Below are positions 28,676 to 39,305 of a DNA stretch of 64,000 bases, piece by piece. Position 1 is the first letter of the stretch, and the number at the start of each line of letters is the position of its first letter. The notes under the pieces are model-generated. The model searched no databases. It was given only the letters and a program-made list of their open reading frames with translations, and was not told the origin of the DNA. Origin of the DNA: Candidatus Omnitrophota bacterium (GTDB taxonomy: Bacteria; Omnitrophota; Gorgyraeia; Gygaellales; Profunditerraquicolaceae). A program made the translations under genes and the position numbers. Location: the NCBI GenBank assembly GCA_041651115.1, contig JBAZJY010000001.1:5165-69164 (forward strand), given 5' to 3'.

Positions 28676-29196
28676 TGCTTTGCGATATCTGCAATAAAAA
28701 CCAGGCTACTGTCCATTTGACCGAGATCGTTGACGACCAGATGACCGAGCTGCATCTTTGCGAAGAATGCGCGCGCCAGAAAAGCGAGCAAATGGAGCAG
28801 CAGTTCGGCTTAAGCGATCTTTTGGCCGGCATGGCGGAATTCACCAATAAGCCGGTGCAGGATAAAGAGGTAATGACCGCCAAATGCAAAAAATGCGGGC
28901 TTACCTTTGCCGATTTTAAAAAGATCGGCAGGCTCGGCTGCAGCGAATGCTACAGCGCGTTCCGGCAATACCTCGCGCCCCTTTTAAAAAGGATCCACGG
29001 CTCAAGCAGCCACGTAGGCAAGAGCCCGATAATGATGGCGCAGAAAGTTACGGCGCCGAAAAAGGATAAAGAAACCGGCGTTATTGATGACCTTGCCGGC
29101 CTGCGGCAAAAGCTGCAGAAGGCAATTGAGGCGGAGGAATTTGAAGAGGCGGCAAAGCTGCGCGATCAAATCAGGAACCTGGAAAAAAAGGAATAG
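28675..29196 (+). CDS. mcsA: McsA, activator of protein-arginine kinase.
   Basis: N-terminal CxxC zinc fingers (CDICNKNQA...CEEC, CKKCG...CSEC) and a C-terminal UVR motif EEFEEAAKLRDQIRNLE. Confidence 0.85.
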   Translation: MLCDICNKNQATVHLTEIVDDQMTELHLCEECARQKSEQMEQQFGLSDLLAGMAEFTNKPVQDKEVMTAKCKKCGLTFADFKKIGRLGCSECYSAFRQYLAPLLKRIHGSSSHVGKSPIMMAQKVTAPKKDKETGVIDDLAGLRQKLQKAIEAEEFEEAAKLRDQIRNLEKKE

Positions 29197-29199
29197 ATT

Positions 29200-30249
29200 A
29201 TGAAACTAGACGATTTGATGAACCATACAAGCGAATGGCTTAAGGGCACCGGCCCGAATTCCGACATTGTTATCTCCAGCCGCATCCGGCTGGCGCGCAA
29301 CCTTGATAAATTCCCCTTTCCGCACTGGGCGAGCAAGAAAGATTCGCAAGACATATTCCTGACGGTAGAGGACGCGAGGGCAAAGATAGATTTTTTAAAA
29401 AGCACGACCACTTTCCGGCTGGCAGAACTTGACGCCGTGGACAAGCAGTTCCTCGTTGAGCGACATTTGATGTCTTATGAGCACGCGCAGCGCACCGACA
29501 GCAAGGCAGTGATCATTGACGATGAGGAAATAATTTCTATCATGGTCAATGAAGAAGACCATATGCGCATACAAGTCATGCAGTCCGGTTTTAATATCTT
29601 TGAGGCATGGAATATTATCAACCGTATTGATGATGCCTTAAGCGAGAAGTTGGCCTACGCGTTTTCTCCCGAATGGGGATATCTGACCTGCTGCCCGACC
29701 AATACCGGCACAGGCATGCGCGGTTCGGTAATGCTGCATTTGCCGGCGCTGGTAATGACGCGGCACATTAACCGGGTCCTGGCTGCGATCGCCAAATTAA
29801 GTTTTACCACGCGCGGGCTTTACGGCGAAGGCACGCAGGCAAGCGGCAACTTCTTCCAGATCTCCAATCAGGTGGCTTTAGGCCACAGCGAAGAAGAGAT
29901 CATTGATAATATCAACGGCCTGATCCGCCAGATCATTGAGCAGGAACAACAGGGAAGGGAATCGCTCCTGCAAACCAATAAGGCGATGCTTGAGGACCGG
30001 GTCAACCGTTCATTCGGGATTTTAAAAAGCGCTTATATCATCTCAAGCCAGGAGACCGTAGAGCTTTTGTCAATGGTCAGGCTTGGCTCTGACCTGGGGA
30101 TGATCAAGAATATTGACCGCAGGACGATCAATGAATTATTTATCATCACGCAGCCGGCGCATTTGCAAAAGCTGGAGAGCAAGAAGCTCACCCAGCAGGA
30201 AAGGGACGTGCGCAGGGCTTCGTTGATCAGGGAAAGATTAAAAATATAA
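29200..30249 (+). CDS. mcsB: McsB protein-arginine kinase (ATP:guanido phosphotransferase).
   Basis: CPTNTGTGMRGSVMLHLPAL phosphagen-kinase active-site region, collinear with B. subtilis McsB. Confidence 0.9.
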   Translation: MKLDDLMNHTSEWLKGTGPNSDIVISSRIRLARNLDKFPFPHWASKKDSQDIFLTVEDARAKIDFLKSTTTFRLAELDAVDKQFLVERHLMSYEHAQRTDSKAVIIDDEEIISIMVNEEDHMRIQVMQSGFNIFEAWNIINRIDDALSEKLAYAFSPEWGYLTCCPTNTGTGMRGSVMLHLPALVMTRHINRVLAAIAKLSFTTRGLYGEGTQASGNFFQISNQVALGHSEEEIIDNINGLIRQIIEQEQQGRESLLQTNKAMLEDRVNRSFGILKSAYIISSQETVELLSMVRLGSDLGMIKNIDRRTINELFIITQPAHLQKLESKKLTQQERDVRRASLIRERLKI

Positions 30250-30273
30250 CCGGAACATTCGCATATCAGGAGG

Positions 30274-32703
30274 TTGGCAATGTTTAACAGGTTCACGGAA
30301 CGCGCAAGAAAAGTGATTATTCTGGCAAAAGAAGAAGCAAGGCGTTTTAACCACGATTATATCGGCACAGAGCATATACTTCTCGGCCTGATCCGCGAAG
30401 GCGAAGGCGTTGCCGCGGCAGTGCTGCAGAAACTCGGGGTGTCGCTTGAAAATATCCGGCTGGAGATAGAAAAACTCGTGCAGCCCGGCCCGACCACGCA
30501 GATCATCGGCGATATTCCTTTTACTCCCCGCGCCAAAAAAGCGCTTGAGCTGGCTGCCGAAGAAGCGCGTTCTCTCGGGCATAATTATATCGGCACAGAG
30601 CATATACTTCTCGGTCTGATCCGCGAAGGCGAAGGCGTTGCCTCGCAGGTGCTTTTAAATCTCGGCCTTGACTTAAACCGCGTGCGCAGCGAAGTAATGG
30701 AACTTTTAGGTTCTGCGCTTCCCGGCATGTCAGGCGGAGCAGCCCAGCAGGCAAAATCAAAGACTCCCGCGTTAGATGCTTTTGGCAGGGACTTGATCGT
30801 CCTGGCAAGGGACAATAAGCTTGATCCGGTAATTGACCGTAAGCCGGAGATTGAACGCGTGATCCAGATATTAAGCCGCAGGACAAAAAACAATCCCGTG
30901 CTTTTAGGCGAAGCCGGCGTGGGAAAAACCGCGATAGTTGAAGGCCTGGCGCAGGCAATCATTGCCGGAAATGTCCCGGAGTTATTAAGGAACAAGCGCA
31001 TCGTTGTCTTAGACTTGGCGCTGATGGTTGCCGGGACCAAATACCGCGGCCAGTTTGAAGAGCGCATCAAGGCAGTAATGGAGGAGATTAAACGTTCGCA
31101 GGACGTGATCATTTTTATTGATGAGTTGCATACCCTCGTGGGAGCGGGTGCGGCAGAAGGCGCCATAGATGCCTCCAATATTTTAAAACCGTCGCTTTCA
31201 CGCGGAGAAATGCAGTGCATCGGCGCGACTACGCTTGACGAATACAGGAAATATATTGAGAAAGACGCGGCTTTGGAGCGCCGTTTCCAGACGATCATGG
31301 TTGAGCCGCCTTCGGTCAGCCAGACTGTAGAAATACTTAAAGGCCTGCGCGATAAATACGAGGCGCATCACCGCGTAACTTTTAAGGATGAAGCGCTTGA
31401 GGCAGCGGCAAAGCTTTCCGACCGCTACATTTCCGGCAGGTTCCTGCCGGATAAGGCGATTGACATTATTGACGAAGCGGGCTCGCGCGCGCGCCTGAAC
31501 GTTTTGATCGTGCCGCCGGAGATCAAACAGCTGGAAGAAAAGGTTGAAGGCATCAGGAAAGAAAAAGAATCGTTCATCAAGAGCCAGGATTTTGAAAAAG
31601 CCGCTTCCCTGCGCGACCAGGAAAGGGTAGCGCGCCAGGAACTGGAAAAACTGAATAAAGAATGGTCGCAGGCAAAAGATAAAATGCGGCCGGAAGTAAA
31701 TGAAGAGGACATTGCCAAGATCATCGCGCAATGGACCGGCATCCCGATTTTCCGCTTGGAAGAAAAAGAAGGCGAAAAACTCTTAAAGATAGAAGACGAG
31801 CTGCATAAGCGCGTCATCGGCCAGGACGAAGCGATTGATACGATCGCCCACGCGATCCGGCGTTCGCGCGCCGGGATCAAGGATCCCCGCCGGCCTATCG
31901 GCTCATTTGTTTTTCTCGGGCCAACAGGCGTAGGAAAGACCCTGCTTGCGCGCGCCTTGGCGGAATTTATGTTCGGCGATGAGGACGCGTTGATCCAATT
32001 GGACATGTCGGAGTATATGGAGAAATTCAATGTTTCCCGTCTTGTCGGCGCTCCTCCGGGATATGTCGGCTATGAAGAAGGCGGCCAGCTCACGGAAAAA
32101 GTCAGGCGCCGGCCGTATTCGGTGATCCTCCTGGATGAGATTGAAAAAGCGCATCCGGACGTATTTAACCTTCTGCTTCAGGTATTTGAAGACGGCAGGC
32201 TCACGGATAGTTTCGGCAGGAAAGTGGACTTTCGTAATACCGTGATGATCATGACCTCTAACGTCGGGGCTGAAACCATCCGTAAAACCAGTTCACTTGG
32301 TTTTAAGGCCCAGAAAGAAGAGATCACTTATCAGGAAATGAAAGAGAAGCTTCTGGAAGAGGTCAAGCGCACGTTTAAGCCGGAATTCTTAAACCGTCTT
32401 GACGACATCATCGTATTCCGGCCGCTGGTAAAAGAAGATTTGCAAAAGATCGTGGAGATCGAGATCAACCACGTTGCCTTGCGGCTTAAGGAGCAGGGCA
32501 TTGGCCTTGAGGTTTCCCAGGAAGCAAAAGACTTTTTAATTGAGAAGGGTTTTGACCCGGTTTTCGGGGCAAGGCCGCTGAAGCGCACTATCCAGAGGTA
32601 CCTGGAAGATCCCCTGGCATCCGAGATCATCTCAAAGAAATTCAAGGATGGCTCAAATGTAAGGGTCTCGCGTAAATACGAGGAGCTGGTGTTTGAGCAA
32701 TGA
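30274..32703 (+). CDS. clpC: ATP-dependent Clp protease ATPase subunit ClpC.
   Basis: Duplicated Clp_N repeats, two AAA+ modules (GEAGVGKT, GPTGVGKT), a UVR motif between them and a ClpB_D2-small C-terminus. Confidence 0.95.
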   Translation: MAMFNRFTERARKVIILAKEEARRFNHDYIGTEHILLGLIREGEGVAAAVLQKLGVSLENIRLEIEKLVQPGPTTQIIGDIPFTPRAKKALELAAEEARSLGHNYIGTEHILLGLIREGEGVASQVLLNLGLDLNRVRSEVMELLGSALPGMSGGAAQQAKSKTPALDAFGRDLIVLARDNKLDPVIDRKPEIERVIQILSRRTKNNPVLLGEAGVGKTAIVEGLAQAIIAGNVPELLRNKRIVVLDLALMVAGTKYRGQFEERIKAVMEEIKRSQDVIIFIDELHTLVGAGAAEGAIDASNILKPSLSRGEMQCIGATTLDEYRKYIEKDAALERRFQTIMVEPPSVSQTVEILKGLRDKYEAHHRVTFKDEALEAAAKLSDRYISGRFLPDKAIDIIDEAGSRARLNVLIVPPEIKQLEEKVEGIRKEKESFIKSQDFEKAASLRDQERVARQELEKLNKEWSQAKDKMRPEVNEEDIAKIIAQWTGIPIFRLEEKEGEKLLKIEDELHKRVIGQDEAIDTIAHAIRRSRAGIKDPRRPIGSFVFLGPTGVGKTLLARALAEFMFGDEDALIQLDMSEYMEKFNVSRLVGAPPGYVGYEEGGQLTEKVRRRPYSVILLDEIEKAHPDVFNLLLQVFEDGRLTDSFGRKVDFRNTVMIMTSNVGAETIRKTSSLGFKAQKEEITYQEMKEKLLEEVKRTFKPEFLNRLDDIIVFRPLVKEDLQKIVEIEINHVALRLKEQGIGLEVSQEAKDFLIEKGFDPVFGARPLKRTIQRYLEDPLASEIISKKFKDGSNVRVSRKYEELVFEQ

Positions 32704-33485
32704 TCAATAAATTCTTTATCAGTATCGGCAGGAACGTGATTTCGCTGATGCACTTTATCGGCGGATTAAGCAACCTGGCAGCGCAGACTTTTTACTGGAT
32801 GTTCATCCCGCCGTTTAAACGGATGCGCATGATCGACCAGATGAAGCGCACGGGCTTTGACAGCCTGCCGATAGTTTCCATGATCGGCTTGTTCATCGGT
32901 ATGATCCTCGCCCTGCAGACCGCGGTATTGATGCAGCGCTTGGGCTCGGAGATGTACATTGCCAGCATTGTCGCGCTTTCCCTGGTCAGAGAATTAGGGC
33001 CGGTAATTACCGCTTTAATCGTTGCCGGCCGCGTGGGCGCTGCGATCACCGCGGAGATCGGCTCAATGCAGGTTACCGAGCAGATAGACGCGCTTGAGGC
33101 ATTCGCCACTAACCCCATTCAATACCTGGTAGTGCCGCGTTTTCTGGCCTTAAGCTTGATGCTTCCCATACTTACGCTATACGCCAACCTCGTCGGCATA
33201 TTCGGCGGGTACGTGCTTTGCGTTTATAAGCTGGGCATATCCTCCAGCTTATATATCAAGATCACTACCGAAGCGCTGCTCTATAAGGACCTTTTTACCG
33301 GCTTGGCAAAAACGGTATTTTTCGGGATGATCATCGCGTTTGTCAGCTGTTATGAAGGCTTTAACGTTGAAGGCGGGGCAGAAGGCGTAGGCAGCGCCAC
33401 GCGCCAGGCAGTTGTCGCTTCGTTTATTTTGATCATTGCCGCGGACTGCTTCTTTACCGCGCTGTTTTATTTTATTTTCCCGTAA
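32700..33485 (+). CDS. mlaE: Mla phospholipid ABC transporter permease.
   Basis: MlaE/YrbE-family TM protein. ATGA overlap with clpC. Confidence 0.85.
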   Translation: MINKFFISIGRNVISLMHFIGGLSNLAAQTFYWMFIPPFKRMRMIDQMKRTGFDSLPIVSMIGLFIGMILALQTAVLMQRLGSEMYIASIVALSLVRELGPVITALIVAGRVGAAITAEIGSMQVTEQIDALEAFATNPIQYLVVPRFLALSLMLPILTLYANLVGIFGGYVLCVYKLGISSSLYIKITTEALLYKDLFTGLAKTVFFGMIIAFVSCYEGFNVEGGAEGVGSATRQAVVASFILIIAADCFFTALFYFIFP

Positions 33486-33486
33486 A

Positions 33487-34254
33487 ATGATAGAGATAAA
33501 AGGCGTCTATAAAAATTTCAATTCGCATAAGGTGCTGGACGGGGCAACGCTTACCATTCCCGACGGAAAGACCTATGTGATCATCGGCCGCTCGGGCTGC
33601 GGCAAAAGCGTCCTCTTAAAGCATATCGTCGGCATATTAAAGCCGGAAAAAGGCCAGGTGATCGTTAACGGCCTGGATATGGATAAAATAACCGAAGCTG
33701 AATTGAATGCCTTACGCATGAAGATCGGCCTGGTCTTTCAGGGAGGCGCGCTTTTTGATTCGCTTACCGTCGGCGAAAACGTAGGCTTCGGCCTGATCGA
33801 ACACGACCACTTAGAGAGGAAGGAATTATTGGAACGGGTGGAAGAATCGCTTTGCCTTGTCGGCCTCTGTGGTATTGAGAATATCATGCCTTCGCAGCTT
33901 TCAGGCGGCATGAAAAAGCGCGTGGCGCTGGCGCGGGCGATCTGTATTAAACCGGAGATCATCCTTTATGATGAGCCGACTACCGGCGTTGACCCGATTA
34001 CCGCCGACAGCATCAATGACCTGATAAAAAACCTGCACGATAAATTAAAGGTCACTTCTATCGTTGTTACGCATGACATGAAAAGCGCTTATAAGGTCGC
34101 CGACAGGATCGCCATGCTCTATCAGGGTAAGGTGATTGCCGAAGGTACTCCCGAAGAGATACAGGCAAGCGATCACCCGGTAGTGCACCAGTTTATCAAC
34201 GGCCTGGCGCAAGGGCCGATAACCGAAACTATAGACCAGTTTAAAGCAGTTTGA
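33487..34254 (+). CDS. mlaF: Mla ABC transporter ATPase.
   Basis: Begins MIEIKGVYKNF. GRSGCGKS Walker A, LSGGMKKRVALARA signature, ILYDEPTTGVD Walker B. I prefer the ATG at 33487 over the track's overlapping 33436. Confidence 0.88.
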   Translation: MIEIKGVYKNFNSHKVLDGATLTIPDGKTYVIIGRSGCGKSVLLKHIVGILKPEKGQVIVNGLDMDKITEAELNALRMKIGLVFQGGALFDSLTVGENVGFGLIEHDHLERKELLERVEESLCLVGLCGIENIMPSQLSGGMKKRVALARAICIKPEIILYDEPTTGVDPITADSINDLIKNLHDKLKVTSIVVTHDMKSAYKVADRIAMLYQGKVIAEGTPEEIQASDHPVVHQFINGLAQGPITETIDQFKAV

Positions 34255-34285
34255 TGTGCATATAATATTGTCCCCCGCCCAATCG

Positions 34286-34378
34286 CTTAAAGATTTTGTT
34301 AGAAATCTTTAAGCAGGCGTGGGATTAATTCGGCCCAACAATACTTTGCCGAATTCGGCAAAGTATTGTGGTTTTAAT
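34286..34378. promoter_or_regulatory. Two consecutive inverted repeats between mlaF and mlaD.
   Basis: cttaaagatttt/aaaatctttaag hairpin at 34286-34313. A perfect 30-bp palindrome caatactttgccGAATTCggcaaagtattg at 34338-34367 is followed by gttttaattt and sits directly before the AAGGAGG RBS. Confidence 0.5.
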
Positions 34379-34394
34379 TTAAGGAGGCACTAAG

Positions 34395-35000
34395 ATGCTC
34401 TTTGGCAAGACAAAACTTGAGTTTAAGGTAGGGATATTCGTATTCTGCGGCCTGGTGATCCTGACAGTGTTTGTTTTGTCTATTGGCGGGTTCAAGACTT
34501 GGGCTTCTGGATACCGCGTTAAATTCACTTTTAATTTTATTAACGGCGTTAAGCTGGGCGCTCCTGTGCGCTTTGCCGGGCTTGATGTAGGCCAGGTCAA
34601 AGACATAAAGCTTATTCCCATAAACGGGAAAAAGACGCAGGTAGAGGTGCTTGTCTGGGTAAAAAATGACGTGCGTATCCCGGTTGACTCAACTATCTGG
34701 GTCAATACCCTCGGCCTTTTGGGCGAGAAATACATTGAGATCATGCCCGGCAAGGAAGCCGAAAATATCCTGCCCGCAGGCGGCCTTATTATCGGAGAAG
34801 ATCCGCTTGCCATGCACGAAGTAGGCGAATTGGCAAAGAAGATCGCCGATGACATTGACGCGCTGATCGTCAAGATCAAGAGCGGGGAAGGCACGTTAGG
34901 AAAACTCTTTACCGATGACGCGCTTTATACGGAAGTAGAATCGCTGGTCCTTGATTTAAGGAAACATCCGTGGAAGCTCCTCTGGAAAACCAACGAATAG
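34395..35000 (+). CDS. mlaD: Mla substrate-binding MCE-domain protein.
   Basis: N-terminal TM anchor plus an MCE domain. Confidence 0.85.
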   Translation: MLFGKTKLEFKVGIFVFCGLVILTVFVLSIGGFKTWASGYRVKFTFNFINGVKLGAPVRFAGLDVGQVKDIKLIPINGKKTQVEVLVWVKNDVRIPVDSTIWVNTLGLLGEKYIEIMPGKEAENILPAGGLIIGEDPLAMHEVGELAKKIADDIDALIVKIKSGEGTLGKLFTDDALYTEVESLVLDLRKHPWKLLWKTNE

Positions 35001-35006
35001 TTTTTC

Positions 35007-36377
35007 ATGAAGACCAAAACCGTATTCAGCTGCCAAAGCTGCGGGTTCCAGTCGCCAAAATGGCTGGGTAAATGCCCGGATTGCAACAGCTGGAATTCTT
35101 TTGTAGAAGAAGATTATTCCGCTCCTTCGGGTAAGGCAGGAGAAAAGGTTGCCTTATATAAGGACGAACCGGTCTTATTAAAAGACGTAGAAATATCCGA
35201 GGCCGCGCGGATCAAGACGCGGATCGCGGAATTGGACCGTGTGCTCGGCGGAGGCATTGTCCGGGGCTCGGTCATCCTTATCGGCGGCGACCCCGGGGTC
35301 GGCAAATCCACTATTTCGCTGCAGTTGTCCAATCAGGTTACCGAAGCAGGCCATAAAGTGCTTTATGTCAGCGGCGAAGAATCGGTAGCGCAGACAAAAT
35401 TGCGCGCCGAGCGCCTGGGCAAGGCCGGTAACGATAAATTATACATCGTTAACCAGACTGACCTGTCTTTTATCGTCGGCCATATAAAAAAGCTTAAGCC
35501 TGACATTGTGGTCATTGATTCCATACAAGTGATCTTTGACCCGCAGATAAGCTCATCAGCCGGAAGCGTCAGCCAGGTCAGGGAGAGCGCGGGTATATTG
35601 ACCCAGCTTGCCAAGACCGGCGGCATATCCATTTTTATCATCGGCCATGTTACCAAGGAAGGCACGCTTGCCGGGCCGCGCGTTTTAGAGCATATTGTTG
35701 ATACCGTGCTTTATTTTGAGGGCGACCGGTTTTCCACGCACCGCATCCTGCGCGCGGTAAAAAACCGTTTCGGGTCCACGAATGAAATCGGCGTATTTGA
35801 AATGGATTCCGAAGGCCTGAAGGAAGTTAAGAACCCTTCGGAGATATTTTTATCCGAGCGGCCAAAGGACGTCTCGGGTTCAGTGGTGGCAACAGTACTG
35901 GAAGGAACAAGGCCGCTTTTAGTTGAGATCCAGGCATTGGTCAGTAAGTCCAGCTTTGGCTATGCTGCGCGTAGGGCGCAGGGTTTTGATTTTAACCGGC
36001 TCAATCTTTTGATCGCGGTTTTGGAAAAGCGGCTTGGCCTGCATCTTGAAGCAGAGGATGTTTTCGTGAATGCTGCCGGCGGGATCAAGGTTGAGGATCC
36101 GGCCGTAGATCTGGCAGTAGCGATTGCGATTACTTCGGCGTTTCGCGAACAGCTGGTCATGGCTGATACCGTGGTCTTAGGCGAAGTGGGCCTGGCCGGT
36201 GAGGTCAGGAGCATTACGCATGTTTCAGCAAGGATAAATGAGGCGCAAAAGTTAGGTTTTAGGCATTGCGTGCTGCCGGAAAATAATTTTAAAGGCCGCG
36301 GCATGAAAATACCCGGCATAGAGCTTTTGCCGGTTTCCACGCTTAAACAAGCGATGGATGTCATATTGAATAAATGA
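35007..36377 (+). CDS. radA: DNA repair protein RadA/Sms.
   Basis: CQSCGFQSPKWLGKCPDCNSW zinc finger, Walker A GDPGVGKST, KNRFG motif, and a Lon-like C-terminal domain. Confidence 0.93.
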   Translation: MKTKTVFSCQSCGFQSPKWLGKCPDCNSWNSFVEEDYSAPSGKAGEKVALYKDEPVLLKDVEISEAARIKTRIAELDRVLGGGIVRGSVILIGGDPGVGKSTISLQLSNQVTEAGHKVLYVSGEESVAQTKLRAERLGKAGNDKLYIVNQTDLSFIVGHIKKLKPDIVVIDSIQVIFDPQISSSAGSVSQVRESAGILTQLAKTGGISIFIIGHVTKEGTLAGPRVLEHIVDTVLYFEGDRFSTHRILRAVKNRFGSTNEIGVFEMDSEGLKEVKNPSEIFLSERPKDVSGSVVATVLEGTRPLLVEIQALVSKSSFGYAARRAQGFDFNRLNLLIAVLEKRLGLHLEAEDVFVNAAGGIKVEDPAVDLAVAIAITSAFREQLVMADTVVLGEVGLAGEVRSITHVSARINEAQKLGFRHCVLPENNFKGRGMKIPGIELLPVSTLKQAMDVILNK

Positions 36378-36427
36378 CCCTCCGGAACTTTTCCGTTAAG
36401 GAGGGTCATCCTGAGGCCCGCAGGGCC
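36375..36427 (+). terminator. Stem-loops after radA: a 10-bp perfect stem atgaccctcc/ggagggtcat and ggccc-gca-gggcc. There is no T tract.
   Basis: Inverted repeats read directly from the sequence. Function (terminator or RNA processing site) is uncertain. Confidence 0.3.
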
Positions 36428-36450
36428 GAAGGATCTAAGGAGGTTGCACC

Positions 36451-37431
36451 ATGAACATATTATTAGTCCGTATTCTTTTTGCTTTCGGCAATATGCTGAT
36501 CGGTTATCAGACAATGATGAACCAAGGCAGGGGCATTATCGGCGCGCTTCTGGGTTTGGCAGCAGCGCTGGTAATCATTTTCCTTGAGATCGGGATGCGC
36601 AAAGTTTCCGTGCGCGGGCTTTCCAGCGCGGTGTTCGGCCTGATCCTCGGGCTTATCATGGCAAAACTGGTTACTGACGCGTTTAGCCTGGCGCCGATCT
36701 CACCCGATCAACTTACCGGCATCCGCGTTACATTAACGCTGGTATTTTGCTATTTAGGCATGGTGATCGCCCTGCGCGGGAAAGATGAATTCAATATTAT
36801 CATACCTTACGTCCGGCTGCGCAAACAGAATCAGGCTGAAGAAGCCGTGCTTTTGGACACCAGCGTGATCATTGACGGAAGGATACTTGATATCTTTAAA
36901 ACCAAATTCCTGGAAGGAAAGATCATTATCCCGAAATTCGTTTTAAAGGAATTACAGCAGATCGCCGACTCTACCGACCCGATGAAGCGCCAGCGCGGCC
37001 GCCGCGGGCTTGAGATCCTGCATACTTTTCAGAAAGAGGCAGCGCAGGACATTGCCGTCAACGAAGAAGATTTTCCGGAGATCGCGGAAGTGGACGCGAA
37101 ACTGGTCAAGCTGGCAAAACTTTTGGATGCCAAGATCATGACCGTAGATTTTAATTTGAACCGGGTGGCTACTTTTCAGGGCGTGAAGGTATTGAACATT
37201 AATGAGCTGGCAAACGTCTTGAAACCGGCGGTATTCCCCGGCGAGCAAATGCACATCAAGCTGATCAAGGAAGGCAAGGAGCATAACCAGGCTGTGGGCT
37301 ATCTTGAAGACGGCACAATGGTAGTCGTGGAAGACGCGCGCCGGATGATCGGCCAGGACGTGAAAGTCGTAGTTTCTTCCGTGCTGCAGACCCAGGCAGG
37401 CAGGATGATCTTTACAAAGATAGAGAGGTAA
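36451..37431 (+). CDS. yacL: Membrane-anchored PIN- and TRAM-domain protein (YacL-like).
   Basis: N-terminal TM helices, a PIN-like core ([12 protein letters not shown]...) and a C-terminal TRAM-like beta domain ([22 protein letters not shown]). It sits between radA and ispD as in Bacillus. Confidence 0.7.
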   Translation: MNILLVRILFAFGNMLIGYQTMMNQGRGIIGALLGLAAALVIIFLEIGMRKVSVRGLSSAVFGLILGLIMAKLVTDAFSLAPISPDQLTGIRVTLTLVFCYLGMVIALRGKDEFNIIIPYVRLRKQNQAEEAVLLDTSVIIDGRILDIFKTKFLEGKIIIPKFVLKELQQIADSTDPMKRQRGRRGLEILHTFQKEAAQDIAVNEEDFPEIAEVDAKLVKLAKLLDAKIMTVDFNLNRVATFQGVKVLNINELANVLKPAVFPGEQMHIKLIKEGKEHNQAVGYLEDGTMVVVEDARRMIGQDVKVVVSSVLQTQAGRMIFTKIER

Positions 37432-37434
37432 GGT

Positions 37435-38136
37435 TTGGTTTCCGCGATTGTAGTTGCCGCCGGTAAAGGCAAGCGGCTTAAGTCAAGGATACCCAAGCCT
37501 TTGATAAAGCTTGGCAGCAAGCCGCTGATAATTTATTCGCTTCAGGCTTTAAGCCGGAACCGGGCAGTAAAAGAGATCATCGTCGTTGCCAATCCCTTAA
37601 ACGTTAAAGCGATTGCTAACGCGATAAAAAAATACCGGATTAAAAAAATAAGCAGCGTGGTATTAGGCGGCCGCAGGCGCCAGGACTCGGTTTATAACGG
37701 TTTAAGAAAAACATCCCCGGCAGCAAGCCTTGTGCTTGTGCATGACGCGGCAAGGCCGTTTATTAACCGGGCAGTTATTTCCGCGTCTTTAAAGCAGGCA
37801 GCATCATGCGCAGCGGCAATTGCAGCTGTGCCGGTTAAGGCAACGATAAAACAGGTTACAGGTTACAGGTCACAGGGCACAGGTAAAATATTTGTAAAAA
37901 AGACGATTGACCGGCGGGATATTTGGGAAATCCAGACCCCGCAGGTTTTTAAGAAGGAGCTGCTTTTAAAGGCATTCAGGAAATTCGGCAAGGCTGATGT
38001 TACGGATGAGGCAATGCTGGTTGAGAAAACGGGTAATAAAGTGGCGGTTGTGTTAGGAACTTATAGCAATATTAAAGTTACCGGCCCCGAAGACCTGATC
38101 ATCGCAGAGGCGATCATAAAAAATGGAAGAATATAG
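37435..38136 (+). CDS. ispD: 2-C-methyl-D-erythritol 4-phosphate cytidylyltransferase.
   Basis: N-terminal AIVVAAGKGKRL nucleotide-binding motif and IspD length. Confidence 0.88.
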   Translation: MVSAIVVAAGKGKRLKSRIPKPLIKLGSKPLIIYSLQALSRNRAVKEIIVVANPLNVKAIANAIKKYRIKKISSVVLGGRRRQDSVYNGLRKTSPAASLVLVHDAARPFINRAVISASLKQAASCAAAIAAVPVKATIKQVTGYRSQGTGKIFVKKTIDRRDIWEIQTPQVFKKELLLKAFRKFGKADVTDEAMLVEKTGNKVAVVLGTYSNIKVTGPEDLIIAEAIIKNGRI

Positions 38137-38611
38137 GACAGGCATAGGTTATGACATCCATCGTTTAGCCGAAGGAAGAAAACTTATCCTCGGCGGCATT
38201 GAAATACCTTATCCCAAGGGGCTTTTGGGCCATTCCGACGGAGATACGCTTTTGCATGCGATTGCCGACGCGCTCTTAGGCGCTACGGCAGAAGGCGATA
38301 TCGGCGAGCATTTCCCCAACACCGACCCCAAATACCGCGATATTGACAGCGTGATCATCTTAAAGAACGTGCTTGACCTGATCAGCAGGAAAGGCTTCAG
38401 GATAAATAACGTGGATACGGTAATTGTGGCGCAGGAACCCGCTCTTAGCCCGTTTAAGAAAGATATACGCAAACGGATTGCTGCGATATTGGGCATTGCC
38501 GAAGATGCTGTTGGCATTAAGGCAAAGACCAATGAAGAATTAGGCGAGCTCGGCAGAAAAGAAGCAATTGCCGCATACGCAGTAGTAAACTTAAGTAGGG
38601 GGGAGAGATGA
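38123..38611 (+). CDS. ispF: 2-C-methyl-D-erythritol 2,4-cyclodiphosphate synthase.
   Basis: [27 protein letters not shown]. Confidence 0.92.
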   Translation: MEEYRTGIGYDIHRLAEGRKLILGGIEIPYPKGLLGHSDGDTLLHAIADALLGATAEGDIGEHFPNTDPKYRDIDSVIILKNVLDLISRKGFRINNVDTVIVAQEPALSPFKKDIRKRIAAILGIAEDAVGIKAKTNEELGELGRKEAIAAYAVVNLSRGER

Positions 38612-39294
38612 CGCTATTAATAAACATAATCTCCATTTTGATCGTGTTAATAACGCTTAAACTGATCATTATTTCTATATTCTTCTTTGGAGATATCAGG
38701 AGCGCGCAAAAAAGAGACCCGGCAGCAAAGGGTTTTCTTGAGGTCCTACTTTTATATCAGGGCTTGCATGCCTTGGTTGCTTACCGCGTGTCGCATGTTC
38801 TATATAAGCTGCACCTGTTCTTTATTGCCCGCTTGATCAGCCAGATGGCGCGCTTTACTACCGGCATTGAAATACATCCCGGAGCAAAGATCGGCAAAAA
38901 CTTCTTTGTTGACCATGGTATGGGAGTGGTAGTAGGCGAAACGTCAATTATCGGCGATAATGTGCTTTTATATCAGGGTGTTACCCTGGGAGGCACGGGC
39001 CTTGAAAAAGGCAAGCGCCACCCGACTATCGGCAATAACGTAGTCATCGGAACAGGCGCAAAAGTCCTCGGCAATATCACAGTCGGGGATAATTCTTATA
39101 TCGGAGCTAATGCCGTGGTGATCAAAGATGTGCCTGCGAATTCCACGGTAGTAGGCGTACCCGGAAGGATCACTAAGCAAGAAGGTAAAAAAATAGAGAT
39201 CAGCCTTGACCATATACATGTACTTGACCCGATCATGCAGAATATAGAAGAACTGGAAAAAAGGGTCAAAGAGCTGGAAGCCAGGAATAAATAA
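38608..39294 (+). CDS. cysE: Serine O-acetyltransferase.
   Basis: SAT N-terminal helices plus left-handed beta-helix hexapeptide repeats ([44 protein letters not shown]). Confidence 0.85.
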   Translation: MTLLINIISILIVLITLKLIIISIFFFGDIRSAQKRDPAAKGFLEVLLLYQGLHALVAYRVSHVLYKLHLFFIARLISQMARFTTGIEIHPGAKIGKNFFVDHGMGVVVGETSIIGDNVLLYQGVTLGGTGLEKGKRHPTIGNNVVIGTGAKVLGNITVGDNSYIGANAVVIKDVPANSTVVGVPGRITKQEGKKIEISLDHIHVLDPIMQNIEELEKRVKELEARNK

Positions 39295-39305
39295 TAAGGA
39301 CTAGC

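Noticed and set aside
30521-32753. Several minus-strand ORFs of 140-237 aa antisense to clpC, and similar antisense ORFs inside lysS, radA, the CNNM gene, the aminotransferase and elsewhere.
   Set aside because: All are antisense shadows of well-supported + strand genes, with compositionally biased translations and no motifs.
33436-33486. Extended start of mlaF overlapping mlaE by 50 nt.
   Set aside because: The conserved ABC ATPase N-terminus starts at MIEIKGVYKNF (33487), immediately after the mlaE stop. The extension (MPRTASLPRCFILFSRK) is not protein-like.
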